This document shows, one piece after another, positions 19,094 through 30,117 of a stretch of DNA of 64,000 bases; position 1 is the first letter of the stretch; every line of letters begins with the position of its first letter. The notes under the pieces were generated by a model. It was not told where the DNA came from and did no database searches. It saw only the letters and a program-made list of their open reading frames with translations. The translations under genes and the position numbers were made by a program. The DNA comes from Chthoniobacterales bacterium (GTDB lineage Bacteria > Verrucomicrobiota > Verrucomicrobiia > Chthoniobacterales > Chthoniobacteraceae): NCBI GenBank assembly GCA_038207335.1, contig JBBQZX010000014.1, positions 1 to 64,000 on the forward strand, in the 5' to 3' direction.

Positions 19094-20241
19094 TTGCGTC
19101 TCTTGAATCCGAAACGCGGGAAGTCGCGATTCGTGGCGCGGAAGAACAGCAGAACGAGTCCGATGGCACCAAAAAATGCGTTTGGAATCCACGCGGCGGC
19201 GACCGCTGGAATGCGGTCGCCTTTACCCAGCGCGAGACAGAGATTCGTGATGAAAATCATGCCGAAGAAGATGAAGATCGAACTCGCAACGCCGGCCAGC
19301 ACGCCGCGTCGGGAGAAGACGATGCCGAGCGGAGCAGCGATGAAAACGACGACCAGGCACGACCATGGAAGAGCCCAGCGGTAGTCGCGATAGGTGCGAT
19401 ACGGGGCGAGAAATTCCTCGGGAAAGTCGTCGTTGAAATGCAGATACTGGTCGAGTTCGGGGATTGAAAGATTCTGCGGCTCGAGGTGCGAACTCGCGAT
19501 GCGCCAAGGCGTTTCGGTCCAGCCCGTGACGTCGCGATAATCGACCGGCCCGGTAAACGTGTCGGTGTCGGTGATGTTCCCCTCCTTATCAAAATCGACG
19601 GACATGCCGCGCGTGAGAATCCACTTTTTGTTCTTCGCGTTGAAGGTCGCCCGCGCCGAATACCACTTCCGCGTGATCGTCCCGTGCTCGTCCTGCTGCG
19701 TGATGTGGACGCCGACAAGTTCCGGAGAATTCGCACGAAATTTTTGCACGAACCACGTTCGGTGATTTTGCCGATCGCGGAAAAGATACCCCTCGACGGT
19801 GTCGCGTTCGCCGGCCTTTTTCTCGCCTTTCGTGATCTGCTCGAGCGCGACTTTCTTCACGCCCTCCGCGTGGGGGGCGAGTTCGTAGTTCAGAGCGAGA
19901 AGCACGACGCTCAGGATGATGCCAACGATGAAAAGCGGCGTGAGAATGCGCACCACGCTGCGTCCGGCAGTGAGCATCGAGATGATTTCATTCGAGCGCG
20001 ACATTCGGCTGAGCGAGAAAAGCAGCGCGAGCAAGAGGCCGACCGGCAGCGAGATGAGGATGATCTGCGGGAGCTGGGTGAGGTAGAATTTCGTGACCTG
20101 CTTCAGCGACGCGTGCGCTTCGATGAAATCCTGGCCGTTGTCGCTGAGATCGAAGATGAGCCAGATGGCGATGAAGCCAAAAAAGCACATCAGGAACGGC
20201 TCGATAAAATTGCGGAGCAGGTAACGGTCGAGGATTCGCAT
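19090..20241 (-). CDS. lptG: LPS export ABC permease, LptF/LptG family (LptG-like)
   Basis: MRILDRYL, SRSNEI, six TM segments plus periplasmic domain, AAWIPN. The F versus G assignment is tentative. Confidence 0.8.
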   Translation of the reverse strand: MRILDRYLLRNFIEPFLMCFFGFIAIWLIFDLSDNGQDFIEAHASLKQVTKFYLTQLPQIILISLPVGLLLALLFSLSRMSRSNEIISMLTAGRSVVRILTPLFIVGIILSVVLLALNYELAPHAEGVKKVALEQITKGEKKAGERDTVEGYLFRDRQNHRTWFVQKFRANSPELVGVHITQQDEHGTITRKWYSARATFNAKNKKWILTRGMSVDFDKEGNITDTDTFTGPVDYRDVTGWTETPWRIASSHLEPQNLSIPELDQYLHFNDDFPEEFLAPYRTYRDYRWALPWSCLVVVFIAAPLGIVFSRRGVLAGVASSIFIFFGMIFITNLCLALGKGDRIPAVAAAWIPNAFFGAIGLVLLFFRATNRDFPRFGFKRRK

Positions 20242-20393
20242 CGCGAGGGTCGGGGATTTAATGGGGCTGCGGTGGATTTGCCAAACAGCTTCGGCACAAT
20301 GGAGTGGGCGGCACGAAAGTCGTGTGCCCGAACGCTCTCAGTCCCGCGACTTAGGAAACGGGGATTCTGAACTTCGTCTGCCTCCCGTACGTG

Positions 20394-20423
20394 CGAAAGG
20401 CGGTCGCGAACGACCGCCTTTCG
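20394..20423. terminator. Perfect 13-bp hairpin downstream of the SGNH hydrolase gene
   Basis: CGAAAGGCGGTCG-CGAA-CGACCGCCTTTCG; no strong U-tract on the minus strand. Confidence 0.5.
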
Positions 20424-20446
20424 AAAGTTGAATCAGCCGAGAGGAT

Positions 20447-21220
20447 TTATTTCATCAGCTCCTTGAGCTTTGGCCCAATCGCATCGGCCCAGATTTGATA
20501 GCCTTTCTCTCTCGGATGCAGCAGGTCAGGCATCACCTCTTTCGTCAGCGTGCCGTCGGCTTCGAGGAACTTCTCGTTGATGTCCATGTAGAAGACGTGT
20601 TTGCCGTCATCGAGCTTCGAGATGATCTCGTTGACCTGCTTGTTTTTCTCGCGCGGGACATCCGCTTTGTTCGCGCTGCGCGGGAAAACCGCGAGCAGCA
20701 GGATTTTCGTCTCCGGCAGTTTCGTGCGGATCGTTTTGACGATCGCTTCCACGCCTTTTGCCGTCGCTTCCGGCGCGTCGCCGCCGACGTTGTTGGTTCC
20801 GATCATCAGTACGGCGACCTTCGGCTTGATGCCGTCGAGTTCGCCATTTTCGATCCGCCAGAGGACGTGCTGGGTCCGATCCCCACCGATGCCGAAATTC
20901 GCCGGATGATACGCCCCAAACTCTTTGTCCCAGATGGCTTTCTGCCCACCCCACCCCGCTGTGATCGAGTCGCCGAGGAAGAGCAGATCGACGCCGCCAG
21001 CCTTTGCGACCTTGAGAAAATTCTCGTGCGCTTGCATGAAGCCGGTCTGCGGTTGACCGCTCTTGTTGTCGATCTTTGGCGCGGCAACATCGGGCGCTTG
21101 CGGCGCGATTTTGACCGGTGCCGCGGGCGCGGTGGTCACGGGCGCCTTGTCATCGGCACGCACCGGGGAAAGCGCAGCGAGAGTGATGAGCGGGAGGATG
21201 AGGAGGATGCGTTTTTTCAT
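20447..21220 (-). CDS. Secreted SGNH/GDSL hydrolase (PAF-acetylhydrolase-like)
   Basis: Signal peptide; FLGDSIT, GIGGDRT, IGTNN, DLLHP. Confidence 0.92.
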   Translation of the reverse strand: MKKRILLILPLITLAALSPVRADDKAPVTTAPAAPVKIAPQAPDVAAPKIDNKSGQPQTGFMQAHENFLKVAKAGGVDLLFLGDSITAGWGGQKAIWDKEFGAYHPANFGIGGDRTQHVLWRIENGELDGIKPKVAVLMIGTNNVGGDAPEATAKGVEAIVKTIRTKLPETKILLLAVFPRSANKADVPREKNKQVNEIISKLDDGKHVFYMDINEKFLEADGTLTKEVMPDLLHPREKGYQIWADAIGPKLKELMK

Positions 21221-21279
21221 AGGAAAGGACGGCAACCCTAGCCGTTCACACGTGCGCAAAAAGCGCAATCTTCTCTGCC

Positions 21280-22344
21280 TCAACGCGGCAGCGAATCGTC
21301 GAGTGCGGCGATGACGGCAGAGATCGATTCGCGCGTTTCATCACCCATGTTCGAGACGCGGAACGTCTTGCCCTTCAGCTTCCCGTATCCGCCGTCGATC
21401 AAGATGCCATGCCGCTCCTTGAGATTCTTGAGCAGCATCGGCACGTCGATTTCGCGGTTGTTCGCGACGCAGGTCAGCGTCTTCGAGCGAAAGCCTTCCG
21501 GCGCGAAAAACTCGAACCCGTTTTTCACGACCCATTCAGCCATCATTGCGTTGAGTTCCGCGTGCCGCGCGTGCCGCTGCGCGACTCCCTCGGCGAAAAT
21601 GTCGTCGAGTTTCGACTCGAGCGCGTAGATCAGCGAGATCGTCGGCGTGCTAGGCGTCATGTCCTCGGCCTGGTTCTTTTTGAATTCGAGGAAGTCGAAA
21701 TAGTAGCCGCGCCCCTTAATCTCTGCGGCGCGCGCGAATGCCTTTTCGCTCGCGGAAAACAGCGCGAGACCGGGCGGCAACGCCAGCGCTTTTTGCGAAC
21801 CGGTGAGCAGCACGTCGATGCCGAGTTCATCCATCGGGATCGGCAGCGCGCTGAACGACGAGACGCTATCGACGACGAGCAGCACGTCGGGAAATTCGCG
21901 CATCACTTCGCACACCTCTGCGAGCGGCGAAAGCACGCCAGTCGAGGTCTCATTATGAATCAGCGTGACCATGTCAAAGCCGCCCTGCTTCAGCTTTTCG
22001 CGCACCTGCTCGCCGCGGATCGGCTGGCCCCACTCCACCTGCAATGACTCAGCCTCCTTGCCGCACTTTTTCGACACGTCGAGCCATTTGTCGGAGAACG
22101 CACCGTTCATGCAGTTGAGAACTTTTTTCCCCACGAGATTTCGCACCGAGCCCTCCATCACGCCCCACGCCGACGAGGTGGAAAGAAACACCGGCTGCTT
22201 CGTCCCGAAGAGCTCTTGCAGCCTTGGATGGATGCCTGCGTAGAGCTTTTTGAAATCGCCGCTACGATGCCCCATCATGGGCCTCGTCATGGCTTGGAAA
22301 GTCTTGTCGGAAACTTGGATCGGGCCGGGAATGTAGAGCTTCAT
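21280..22344 (-). CDS. Class V PLP aminotransferase (serine-pyruvate/alanine-glyoxylate type)
   Basis: IPGP, HNETSTG, DSVSS, GSQKALALPPG. Confidence 0.93.
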   Translation of the reverse strand: MKLYIPGPIQVSDKTFQAMTRPMMGHRSGDFKKLYAGIHPRLQELFGTKQPVFLSTSSAWGVMEGSVRNLVGKKVLNCMNGAFSDKWLDVSKKCGKEAESLQVEWGQPIRGEQVREKLKQGGFDMVTLIHNETSTGVLSPLAEVCEVMREFPDVLLVVDSVSSFSALPIPMDELGIDVLLTGSQKALALPPGLALFSASEKAFARAAEIKGRGYYFDFLEFKKNQAEDMTPSTPTISLIYALESKLDDIFAEGVAQRHARHAELNAMMAEWVVKNGFEFFAPEGFRSKTLTCVANNREIDVPMLLKNLKERHGILIDGGYGKLKGKTFRVSNMGDETRESISAVIAALDDSLPR

Positions 22345-22400
22345 CGCGAGTGGAAATTTTTGGAGCGCGGAGGAAACAGCAAACGCGCCGGGGCATCAAC

Positions 22401-23828
22401 TCATTCGATTTTTCGCGGCTTTGAGTTCATGCGGCCGGGATTGCCGTAGTAGGGATATGCGTCCCAACGGTCGTCGTCGCTCGTGGCGCGCGGGTCGCCG
22501 GTAGTTTTCATCCACGCGTCGAGTTCCCCGCGGAGTTGCTTTTGCGTGGCGCGGTGTTCCGTTTGGTTGGCTAGGTTGTGGAGTTGCGCGGGGTCTTTTT
22601 CTACGTCGTAAAGCTCTTCCTCGGGACGCTGCGCAAAGGAGAGCCGGAAGAAATTCAGGCGCTCGGGGTCATCCCGCAGGGAGATGATGAAGTCCTTCGT
22701 CGGACCCGGATCGACGTCGCCGAATTCGCCGACGGAAAAGACCATTTTAGGATCACCTGCGGGCCAGCGGTCGGAGCGAAGATTGCGGAGGTAAAGCCAT
22801 TTTCCCGTGCGCACGCCGCGCACCGGATAGCTCGCGTGATCCTTACGCACATCGGCGTGACGCTCGCGCTCGACGAAGACTTTGTCCGCGCCTTCTCCGG
22901 TGCCCGCGAGCAGCGGGAGCAGACTTTTCTCCGCCATCTCCGGCGGCGGCGTGAGACCGGCGGCTTCGAGGAAAGTCGGCGCAATCGCGACCTGCGTAAC
23001 GAAGCTGTCAATCGTTGTGCCCGCCTTGATCCGTGTGGGCCAGCGAATCGCCATCGGCATCCGCGTGCCGAGGTCGTAGCAGGTCGCTTTGCCGCGCGGA
23101 AACGGCATCCCGTTGTCGCTCGTTACGACCACGAGTGTATCATCGAGGCGGCCTGCTTTTTCGAGCGCGGCGAGGATTTCACCCACGCGGCGGTCAAAGC
23201 GCTGCACCGCGAAAAAGTAATCGCAGACATCGGATCGAATCTCTGGCGAATCCGGCCACGCGTCGGGCAGGAGCACGTCTTCCAGCTTCATGCCGGAAGC
23301 CACGCCGGTGCCGGGGACGTAGGGCCGATGCGGATCGTGCGATCCATACCAAAAACAAAACGGCTGATCCGCCGCACCGCCCGCGAGGAATTTCTCAAAC
23401 GCGATCGGCGGCCCTGCGGGATTGCGAGTACGTCCGCCCGGCTTGAAATCGCCGGGCCCCCACCCCTTGCCCTCGCAGCCGACGACGTAGCCCGCTTTTT
23501 CCAAAAGATCGGGATACACGTCGAACTTCGCCGGCAGCGTGCTCCACAAGTTGCCGCCGTTCTCGAGCTGATGCGGCCAGCGTCCGGTGAGCATCGCGCC
23601 TCGACTTGGCGTGCAGGAAGCGGCAGCGCAGTGCGCGTGCTGGAAGAGCGCGCCTTCGCGCGCGACGCGGTCGAAGTTCGGCGTCTTCACGACGGGATCG
23701 CCATACACACCGGCGTGGCCGAAGCCCCAGTCGTCGGCGACGCACATGAGGATGTTTGGCCGCTTGGAGTCGGCGGCGAGCACAGTCGCGGAAACGAGCG
23801 TGAAAATGAGGATGACGAGGGTTTTCAT
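22401..23828 (-). CDS. Secreted Cys-type sulfatase
   Basis: Signal peptide; RPNIL..ADD, CTPSR, DPHRPY, SDNGMPFPRGK, EELYD..DP. Confidence 0.93.
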   Translation of the reverse strand: MKTLVILIFTLVSATVLAADSKRPNILMCVADDWGFGHAGVYGDPVVKTPNFDRVAREGALFQHAHCAAASCTPSRGAMLTGRWPHQLENGGNLWSTLPAKFDVYPDLLEKAGYVVGCEGKGWGPGDFKPGGRTRNPAGPPIAFEKFLAGGAADQPFCFWYGSHDPHRPYVPGTGVASGMKLEDVLLPDAWPDSPEIRSDVCDYFFAVQRFDRRVGEILAALEKAGRLDDTLVVVTSDNGMPFPRGKATCYDLGTRMPMAIRWPTRIKAGTTIDSFVTQVAIAPTFLEAAGLTPPPEMAEKSLLPLLAGTGEGADKVFVERERHADVRKDHASYPVRGVRTGKWLYLRNLRSDRWPAGDPKMVFSVGEFGDVDPGPTKDFIISLRDDPERLNFFRLSFAQRPEEELYDVEKDPAQLHNLANQTEHRATQKQLRGELDAWMKTTGDPRATSDDDRWDAYPYYGNPGRMNSKPRKIE

Positions 23829-23841
23829 ATTGAGAAATGGG

Positions 23842-24030
23842 CTACTTTGTCGTCGCACTCTCCACCAGCAGCCAAGCGGCGGCGTAGAGCGAGAAGCCGG
23901 CATTGAATTCCTCCGGCACCTTCTCCGCTGGACGAAAGAGATAGCCAGCCATCTCGCCCTGCTGAATCTCTGCGGATGAAGCGCAAAGGGAGAGCAGGGT
24001 GAGGGAGAAAAGTGGAACGATGGATCTCAT
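23842..24030 (-). pseudogene. Probable N-terminal fragment of a secreted protein
   Basis: Signal peptide plus about 35 aa of globular-looking sequence (AGYLFRPAEKVPEEFNAGFSLYAAAW), ending abruptly at 62 aa. Confidence 0.5.
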
Positions 24031-24048
24031 CGCGTAGCGTTTTTCAAA

Positions 24049-25273
24049 TCAACGGCTTCCTGGCTGCATCGCTTGCATTGCCTCAGCCAAGCCCTTCCCG
24101 ATGCCGCCGAGAATCTTTGCCGATCCGAGATAGTGGAATTCGAAGTTGGAGATTCCTTTATCCAGCGCCAGTCGCTCGCGCTCGGTGAGTCCTTCCACAC
24201 GCAGCTTCTCCATCAATGCCTTTTCCTCGGCGGGCTTCATCATCTGACCCTCGGTCGCGAGCTTTTTGGCCTGCCGCTTGATGGCGTCCTCCTTGGCTTT
24301 CGCGGCGCTCAGCTCGCGGTCCCAATATTTTTCCGTGCGGACTGCCACGACATTGCCCTTGAACTCCGGCAACTGCGCCGGGGAGGCCATGGCGTCGCGG
24401 AAGATGTCGTGCGTGCTTTTGTAGCGTTGATCGTCAGGCCCATACTCGGCAGTGGGACCGCCGACACCGAGCACGCCGATGACGAAAGGCAGTTTCGGCG
24501 CGTTCAAATCCTCCCGAACATCGCGAATGAAATCGGCCATCACAGTGCTGTAGGCATCGTAGCCGCCGGGCTTGCCGCGGTTCGGATAGGTGCCGCTATC
24601 CACCATGTCATTCCAACCTTGGAACCACGCAAAGCCGGCCAGTTCGTAGCCTTTAGCAGGATCATAGCTCGGCACTACGCGCTTGATGTCGGCGAGCACA
24701 GTTTTCACATGCTCGATCATGAGGCGGTAGAAAACCCCGGTTTGCTTTTCCTTCTCCGCTTCGATGGCCGCGATGTCTTTGCCCTGTTTCCGGAAGGTGG
24801 CGAGCTGCGCCTCATCGAACTTATACGGTCCGGCACTCGGTGGGCGGAAATCTGTGTTCAGGCTTTTGCCGCCCCACGACGTTTTGATGAGCAGAATCGG
24901 AGCGTCGGTGAACTTCTCCATGTAAAATGCCAAAGGTGAACTCCGGCCCGATCTTCGGCCCGTTCTGGCTCGCACCGAAGCCCGCAGTCAGCTTCCCCGT
25001 CTGTTCCGTGTCGGCGCAGCCGATGGAGGAAATCCACACGCGCTCGCAGACTTTCGGCTTGCCATCCGCGCCCAGCATCTCCGCCAGCATTGGCTTCGTC
25101 GCCGGGTCCATGCCGATGTGCTCGAAGGTGCTGACTTTGGCATGCCCCTGCATGTTCGACTGCCCAGAGAGGATGAATACTTTCAGAGTCTTTTCTTGCG
25201 CCGCGAAGGAATGACCGCAAATGAGTGCGACGAGCGAAAAAAGTGGGAGGAGGAGTTTTGGGGATGGTTTCAT
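24049..25273 (-). pseudogene. Sialate O-acetylesterase (SASA/CE6-like), +1 frameshift
   Basis: The N-part (GQSNMQG..KIGPEFTFGI) and C-part (YMEK..IKTSWGGKSL..WFQGWND..FHY) are in different frames. Removing one base from the AAAA run at 24924-24927 gives FGIYMEK. Confidence 0.85.
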
Positions 25274-25399
25274 GGTTCGAATGAGCGTGAGTCTTCCGCA
25301 GGCCACCGCGCAACGCGAGCTGACCAAGCTGGTGACTCGCAACGTCTTGACCAACGATAACCCATCCGCGCTGAAATGGTTCCTCGCCATCGCCAAGCC

Positions 25400-25927
25400 A
25401 TGACCCCTCATCTCCGCCTCGCGACCACCGACGATCTACCGGCGCTTGGCGCGCTCATCCCACAAGCCGTGCGGGCACTGAGCGCCGATTGCTATAGCGC
25501 GGAGCAGATCGAAAGCTCGATCCGGCACGCCTTCGGAGTCGATACGCAGCTCATTGCGGACGGCACTTACTTCGTGGCAGAAATAGACGGCGAACTCGCT
25601 GGCTGCGGCGGCTGGAGCTGGCGGCGGAAGATTTACGGCGGCGATCAAATCGCAAGCGAGGACGACGCGCCGCTCGACCCCACGACCGAAGCGGCGCGTA
25701 TCCGCGCGTTCTTCGTGCATCCGGCATTTGCGCGGCGCGGCGTCGGCTCCGCGACGGCGCGCGCCGGATTCCGCCGGCTCGAATTGCTCGGCACGCTGCC
25801 GGGCGAACGGCTCTACCGCACATGTGGATTTGAGGTGAGCAAGTATGAGGACTGCACGCTACCGGATGGGGTCGTAGTGCGCTGGGTGCGCATGGTTCGC
25901 GATTCTCAGCCGGAGGATTTTCCATGA
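25400..25927 (+). CDS. GNAT family acetyltransferase, possibly with a short internal deletion
   Basis: RIRAFFVHPAFARRGVGS, TLPGERLYRTCGF. The helix after motif A looks shortened. Confidence 0.8.
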   Translation: MTPHLRLATTDDLPALGALIPQAVRALSADCYSAEQIESSIRHAFGVDTQLIADGTYFVAEIDGELAGCGGWSWRRKIYGGDQIASEDDAPLDPTTEAARIRAFFVHPAFARRGVGSATARAGFRRLELLGTLPGERLYRTCGFEVSKYEDCTLPDGVVVRWVRMVRDSQPEDFP

Positions 25928-26015
25928 ACACTGCCGTGCCACGCATCCGGACGACCTAAACTTTTACTGCAAGGGCATCGCCTACGAGACGGAAGCGAAC
26001 ACCTGGTGGCGAGCG

Positions 26016-28730
26016 CTACTTGACGAGGAAGAGCGGGCTCTGAACGATCTCGTGGATAAGTGTGCGGAGGCCGTAGCTCTGCGCTTTCGCGCGGGCAAGG
26101 ATCGCTTCGACTTCAGGGCGGTCGGCGAAGCGCACGGGTGCGCCGGTCGCGAAGATGAGGAGCTGGCGGGTGAGATTGCGGGCGAGGACGGCGTCTTCTT
26201 CGCGGACGAGTTTTTTGAAATCGCGAATCTCTTGAAAGGGGCGGCCGTCAGGGAGTTCGCCGGCGGCATCGACGGGGAGTGCGAGGTGGAAGGCGAAGGC
26301 GTGGCCGTTTTTTCCGATGCCTTTTTCGCTCAGATGATCGTCAGCGACGGCGCGGTAGCGGTCGCGCCAGGCCCCCATCACGTCGAAGCTTTCCAGCGCG
26401 AATCCGGGCGGGTCCATCTTGCTATGACACGCGGCGCAGCTCGCATCGGCGCGATGTTTTTCGAGCTGCTGGCGGATGGTGACTGCGCCGCGGATGTCGG
26501 GCTCGACTGAGCCGACGGGAGGTGGAGGTGGGATGTCGATGCCGAGGATTCGCTCGACGATCCACTTGCCGCGCAGGACGGGCGAAGTGGTGGTGCCGTT
26601 GGCGGTGATTTTCAAAATACTCGCCTGTGTCATGAAGCCGCCGCGCGGGCTGTCAGCCGGGAGCGTGACGCGGCGCATGGCGACGCCTTGCACGCCGGGG
26701 ATGCCGTAGTGCTCGGCGAGTCGTTCATTCAGAAAGGTGAAGTCGGAATCAACCACCGTGCGCGCAGGCAGGTTGCGGCGCAGCATTTCGCCGAAGAAGA
26801 GCCGAGTCTCGAGCACGGCGGCTTCGGCGAGCGCGTCGTCGAGGTAGTAGTCGTTGTAGAGCGTGGTCGAGGGCGTGGAGTCCTCCATTTTGCGAAGGTC
26901 GAGCCAGTAATCGAGGAACGCATCCGCGAAGCGTTGCGCCCGCGGATCGCTGAGCAGGCGCTCGGTTTCGGCGCGAAGGGTGGCGGGTTGGTGAAGTTCG
27001 CCATTCGCAGCACGGGCGCGGAGGGCGGCATCGGGAGGAGAATTCCAGAGGAAAAGTGCGAGTCGCGTAGCGAGCGCGTAGTCGTCGAGCGGGCCGGGTT
27101 TTTCATCGAGAAAGACGAACGCGGGCGAGGCGAGCACGGCTGTGTAGCCGGCGAGCATCGACTCCGCGAAAGAGAGGCCGGCACTGCGGCGATTTTCCAC
27201 GAGCGCGACGAAACGCTGCACATCCTTTTCCTCCACCGGCTCGCGATACGCGCGCTGGAGAAAGCCGCGCATGAGACGCTCGGCGTCGGCCTGCGGATTT
27301 TTTGAAACGACATCCACCGTGATCTCGGCGAGCGCCTTTACCTGCTTGCGAGCCTCGCCCTCTTCATCGCGACCATCCGCGCGCTCCACAACTGACAGCC
27401 TCACGCCGGGCGCACCGGACTTCACCGTCACCATCGGCAATTCGCCGAAGAGCAGGCGGTAACCGGCGGTAGAGGCGTCGTCGGTGATCGGGCCTTCGAT
27501 CTCCATCCAACGAAAGGCCACGCTCGGCGCGCCGTCGGGCTGCATCAGCGGATTTTTGAAGGCGGGCGGACGCGAGCGGTAGAGACGCGAGGCGTCGGGG
27601 AGGAGCGTTTCATTGGCGAGCAGCCACACTTCGCCGAGATCATGCACCGCCGGTTCGGGCGTGAGATCGAAGGCGCCGACGCGACGGTTCATCATGCCGT
27701 TGCACGTATAGACGGCGATGGGTTCGTCGCGGCGTCCGGCGGAGAGCTGGTCGTAATCCGGCACGTCGGGGTTCGGCTTGCGCGGCTTGCCGACCTTGTC
27801 TTTCTCGCCCGCGTAGCTCATCGCCACACCGCCCGGCGCCGTCCACAGCGTGTAGCCGCAGAAGCTCACGCGGTATCTGCCCGCGACCGGCGCGCGGAAT
27901 TCATCCCAGCGATACGTGAAGCCGGTGACGTAGTTGCTCGAAACCCAGCCGACGGCTTCGAGCTCGCGCGTCGTCGGATCGCTGAGCGGTGAGCGGCGCG
28001 CGCGGACCTCGGGCTGCGCCGTCGTGGTGCCGAGCACGGGATAGGTCATACGATCAGGCGAGGAGTTGAAAACGCCGCCGGTGAACTTCGACGTGAGCGT
28101 GCGCTGATCGCGGGCGTAATAGCGGCGCGTCGTGGTGGCCGTGCGGTCGAGCGCGGCGCTCATCGCCTCGCGCATGGCGTAGCCGGCGGCGTCGATGTAG
28201 CGCGCCAAGTGGACGTGCGAGACATCGAGCGCGTCGCCGATTTTGTTGAAGCGATGCGCTTCGCCATCGTCCGGAAATTGCGCGCGGATTTGCAGCCACG
28301 GCGCGGACAACAGGTCGCGCAGGGCGTTCTCATATTCGTAGCCGTTGAGCCGCCGCTGCGTGGCGCGCCCTTCGCGGGCGATGCTCTCCCGCTCGCTCGC
28401 CGTGAGCGTGGCACCGAGCATCTTGATGAAAGCGTCGCGCTCCGCCGGGTCCGGCTGCTGCTTCTTCTTCGGCGGCATTTCGCTGGCTTCGAGCCGGTCG
28501 TGGACTTTCACCCAGCGCGCAAAATTTGCCCCGTCGCCGGGTGTGAGTGCGAGGTCCTCGAGATCGAGCCCGCCCTTCTTCGTCGTGTCGTCGTGGCAGT
28601 CGGCACAGTACTTTTCGGTGAATGCAGCCGCGTCGAACTCGGGCGCAGCGTGCAACGGCGATGGAACGAATAGGAGCGATGCGACGAACGCGACGACCGA
28701 CGCAAATGAGAGGCGCGCGCCCCAGTTCAT
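26016..28730 (-). CDS. PVC-type DUF1592/DUF1588/DUF1585 protein with cytochrome c motifs
   Basis: Signal peptide; [47 protein letters not shown]. Confidence 0.9.
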   Translation of the reverse strand: MNWGARLSFASVVAFVASLLFVPSPLHAAPEFDAAAFTEKYCADCHDDTTKKGGLDLEDLALTPGDGANFARWVKVHDRLEASEMPPKKKQQPDPAERDAFIKMLGATLTASERESIAREGRATQRRLNGYEYENALRDLLSAPWLQIRAQFPDDGEAHRFNKIGDALDVSHVHLARYIDAAGYAMREAMSAALDRTATTTRRYYARDQRTLTSKFTGGVFNSSPDRMTYPVLGTTTAQPEVRARRSPLSDPTTRELEAVGWVSSNYVTGFTYRWDEFRAPVAGRYRVSFCGYTLWTAPGGVAMSYAGEKDKVGKPRKPNPDVPDYDQLSAGRRDEPIAVYTCNGMMNRRVGAFDLTPEPAVHDLGEVWLLANETLLPDASRLYRSRPPAFKNPLMQPDGAPSVAFRWMEIEGPITDDASTAGYRLLFGELPMVTVKSGAPGVRLSVVERADGRDEEGEARKQVKALAEITVDVVSKNPQADAERLMRGFLQRAYREPVEEKDVQRFVALVENRRSAGLSFAESMLAGYTAVLASPAFVFLDEKPGPLDDYALATRLALFLWNSPPDAALRARAANGELHQPATLRAETERLLSDPRAQRFADAFLDYWLDLRKMEDSTPSTTLYNDYYLDDALAEAAVLETRLFFGEMLRRNLPARTVVDSDFTFLNERLAEHYGIPGVQGVAMRRVTLPADSPRGGFMTQASILKITANGTTTSPVLRGKWIVERILGIDIPPPPPVGSVEPDIRGAVTIRQQLEKHRADASCAACHSKMDPPGFALESFDVMGAWRDRYRAVADDHLSEKGIGKNGHAFAFHLALPVDAAGELPDGRPFQEIRDFKKLVREEDAVLARNLTRQLLIFATGAPVRFADRPEVEAILARAKAQSYGLRTLIHEIVQSPLFLVK

Positions 28731-30043
28731 GCCAGCTCAAGCCCGCGCATCGTGCCGGTGGACGACGCAAATTTCTCCGCTTCGATTCCCATCCGCTGCA
28801 GCATCGAGACATACAGATTCGGCAGCGGGTAATTCCGCTCGCGATCGAACGCGAGATGCTGCCCGTGCTTGAATCCGCCGCCGGCGAGCAGCGTCGGCAA
28901 GTTGAAGCATGTGTGCGCGTTGGCGTCGCCGAAGTTCGAGCCGTAGAGCACCATCGTGCGGTCGAGCAGCGGCTCGCCGTCTTCGCGCGTCGCCTTCAAA
29001 TCGGCGACCAGATTGCCGAGCAACTTCATGTGCCACTGGTCGATGACCTCGAGTTGCGCCCGCTTCTTCTCCGATTTTCCGTGATGCGAAAGATTATGGT
29101 AACCGTCGGTGATCGTCGCGTCTTTCAGGTCGAGCACCGGCGTGCTGACGCTGTCGAGCATCAGCGTGACGGCGCGCGTGGAATCCGTCTCGAACGCCAG
29201 CCGCGCGAGATCGTACATGATCTTCACCTTTTCCATGTAAGCCGCCGGATCGCTCGGATCGACCGGCATCGGCACATGCACCACCGGCTTCGGCTTATAC
29301 TCCCACCCGCGCGACGCCTGGAGCCGATGCTCGAGGTTACGGACGCTCGTGAAGTATTGATCGAGCCTGTCGCGGTCGCGCGCGGTCAAGCCGCGCTCCA
29401 GCTCTTTTGCCTGGCCGGCGATCGTGTCGAGAATGCTGCGCCCCGTATCGAGCTGACGAATCTGCGCCGCGACCTGCGCCGGCGAACCCTGGAGGAAAAG
29501 CTGTTTGAAAACATCCGCCGCCTTGTCCTCCGGCGGGATGGCGACGCCCGTGCCCGTCCACGAAAGACTGCGCGTGCGCGTATTCACGCCGAGCGTGAGC
29601 GACGGAAACCGCGTCTGCACGCCGATCTGCTCGGCGATGTGCTGATCGAGCGAAATCGTATTGCGAAAGGAACTGCTGCCAGGATGCGGCGCGGCGGTGA
29701 GGAAACACACGTCCGCGGGGTGTCCGCCATCGACATTCGGATGCGAAACGCCGCTGAAGACGCTGAAGTCCGCGCGGTGCGGCGCGAGCACTTCGAGATA
29801 CGGCGACATCGCGTAATCGCGCCCCGTTCCAGCGGGGAAAAACTGATCGCCGAGAAGCCCGAGATTATTGCAGATGGCAAACATCCGGCGCGGCTTCGCA
29901 ATAGGCGCGGCGGATGCAAAAACGGACGTCATGCTTTCCAAAAACGGCAGCGCCAACGCGATGCCCGTCCCACGTAAAAAGCTCCGGCGCGAAAGCGCGC
30001 GACGCGTGGCGATGAAAGGAGCGGGAGAAATGTTCGGATTCAT
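28727..30043 (-). CDS. DUF1552 family protein (Tat-exported)
   Basis: SRRSFLRG Tat motif, [32 protein letters not shown]-coupled to the DUF1592 gene. Confidence 0.92.
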   Translation of the reverse strand: MNPNISPAPFIATRRALSRRSFLRGTGIALALPFLESMTSVFASAAPIAKPRRMFAICNNLGLLGDQFFPAGTGRDYAMSPYLEVLAPHRADFSVFSGVSHPNVDGGHPADVCFLTAAPHPGSSSFRNTISLDQHIAEQIGVQTRFPSLTLGVNTRTRSLSWTGTGVAIPPEDKAADVFKQLFLQGSPAQVAAQIRQLDTGRSILDTIAGQAKELERGLTARDRDRLDQYFTSVRNLEHRLQASRGWEYKPKPVVHVPMPVDPSDPAAYMEKVKIMYDLARLAFETDSTRAVTLMLDSVSTPVLDLKDATITDGYHNLSHHGKSEKKRAQLEVIDQWHMKLLGNLVADLKATREDGEPLLDRTMVLYGSNFGDANAHTCFNLPTLLAGGGFKHGQHLAFDRERNYPLPNLYVSMLQRMGIEAEKFASSTGTMRGLELA

Positions 30044-30117
30044 GTCGGGGATGGCTGGATACGTGAGCCGCGATCGGGCAGCGGTTCAATGAGAGAGCAA
30101 AGAAATTTTGATTTTCC

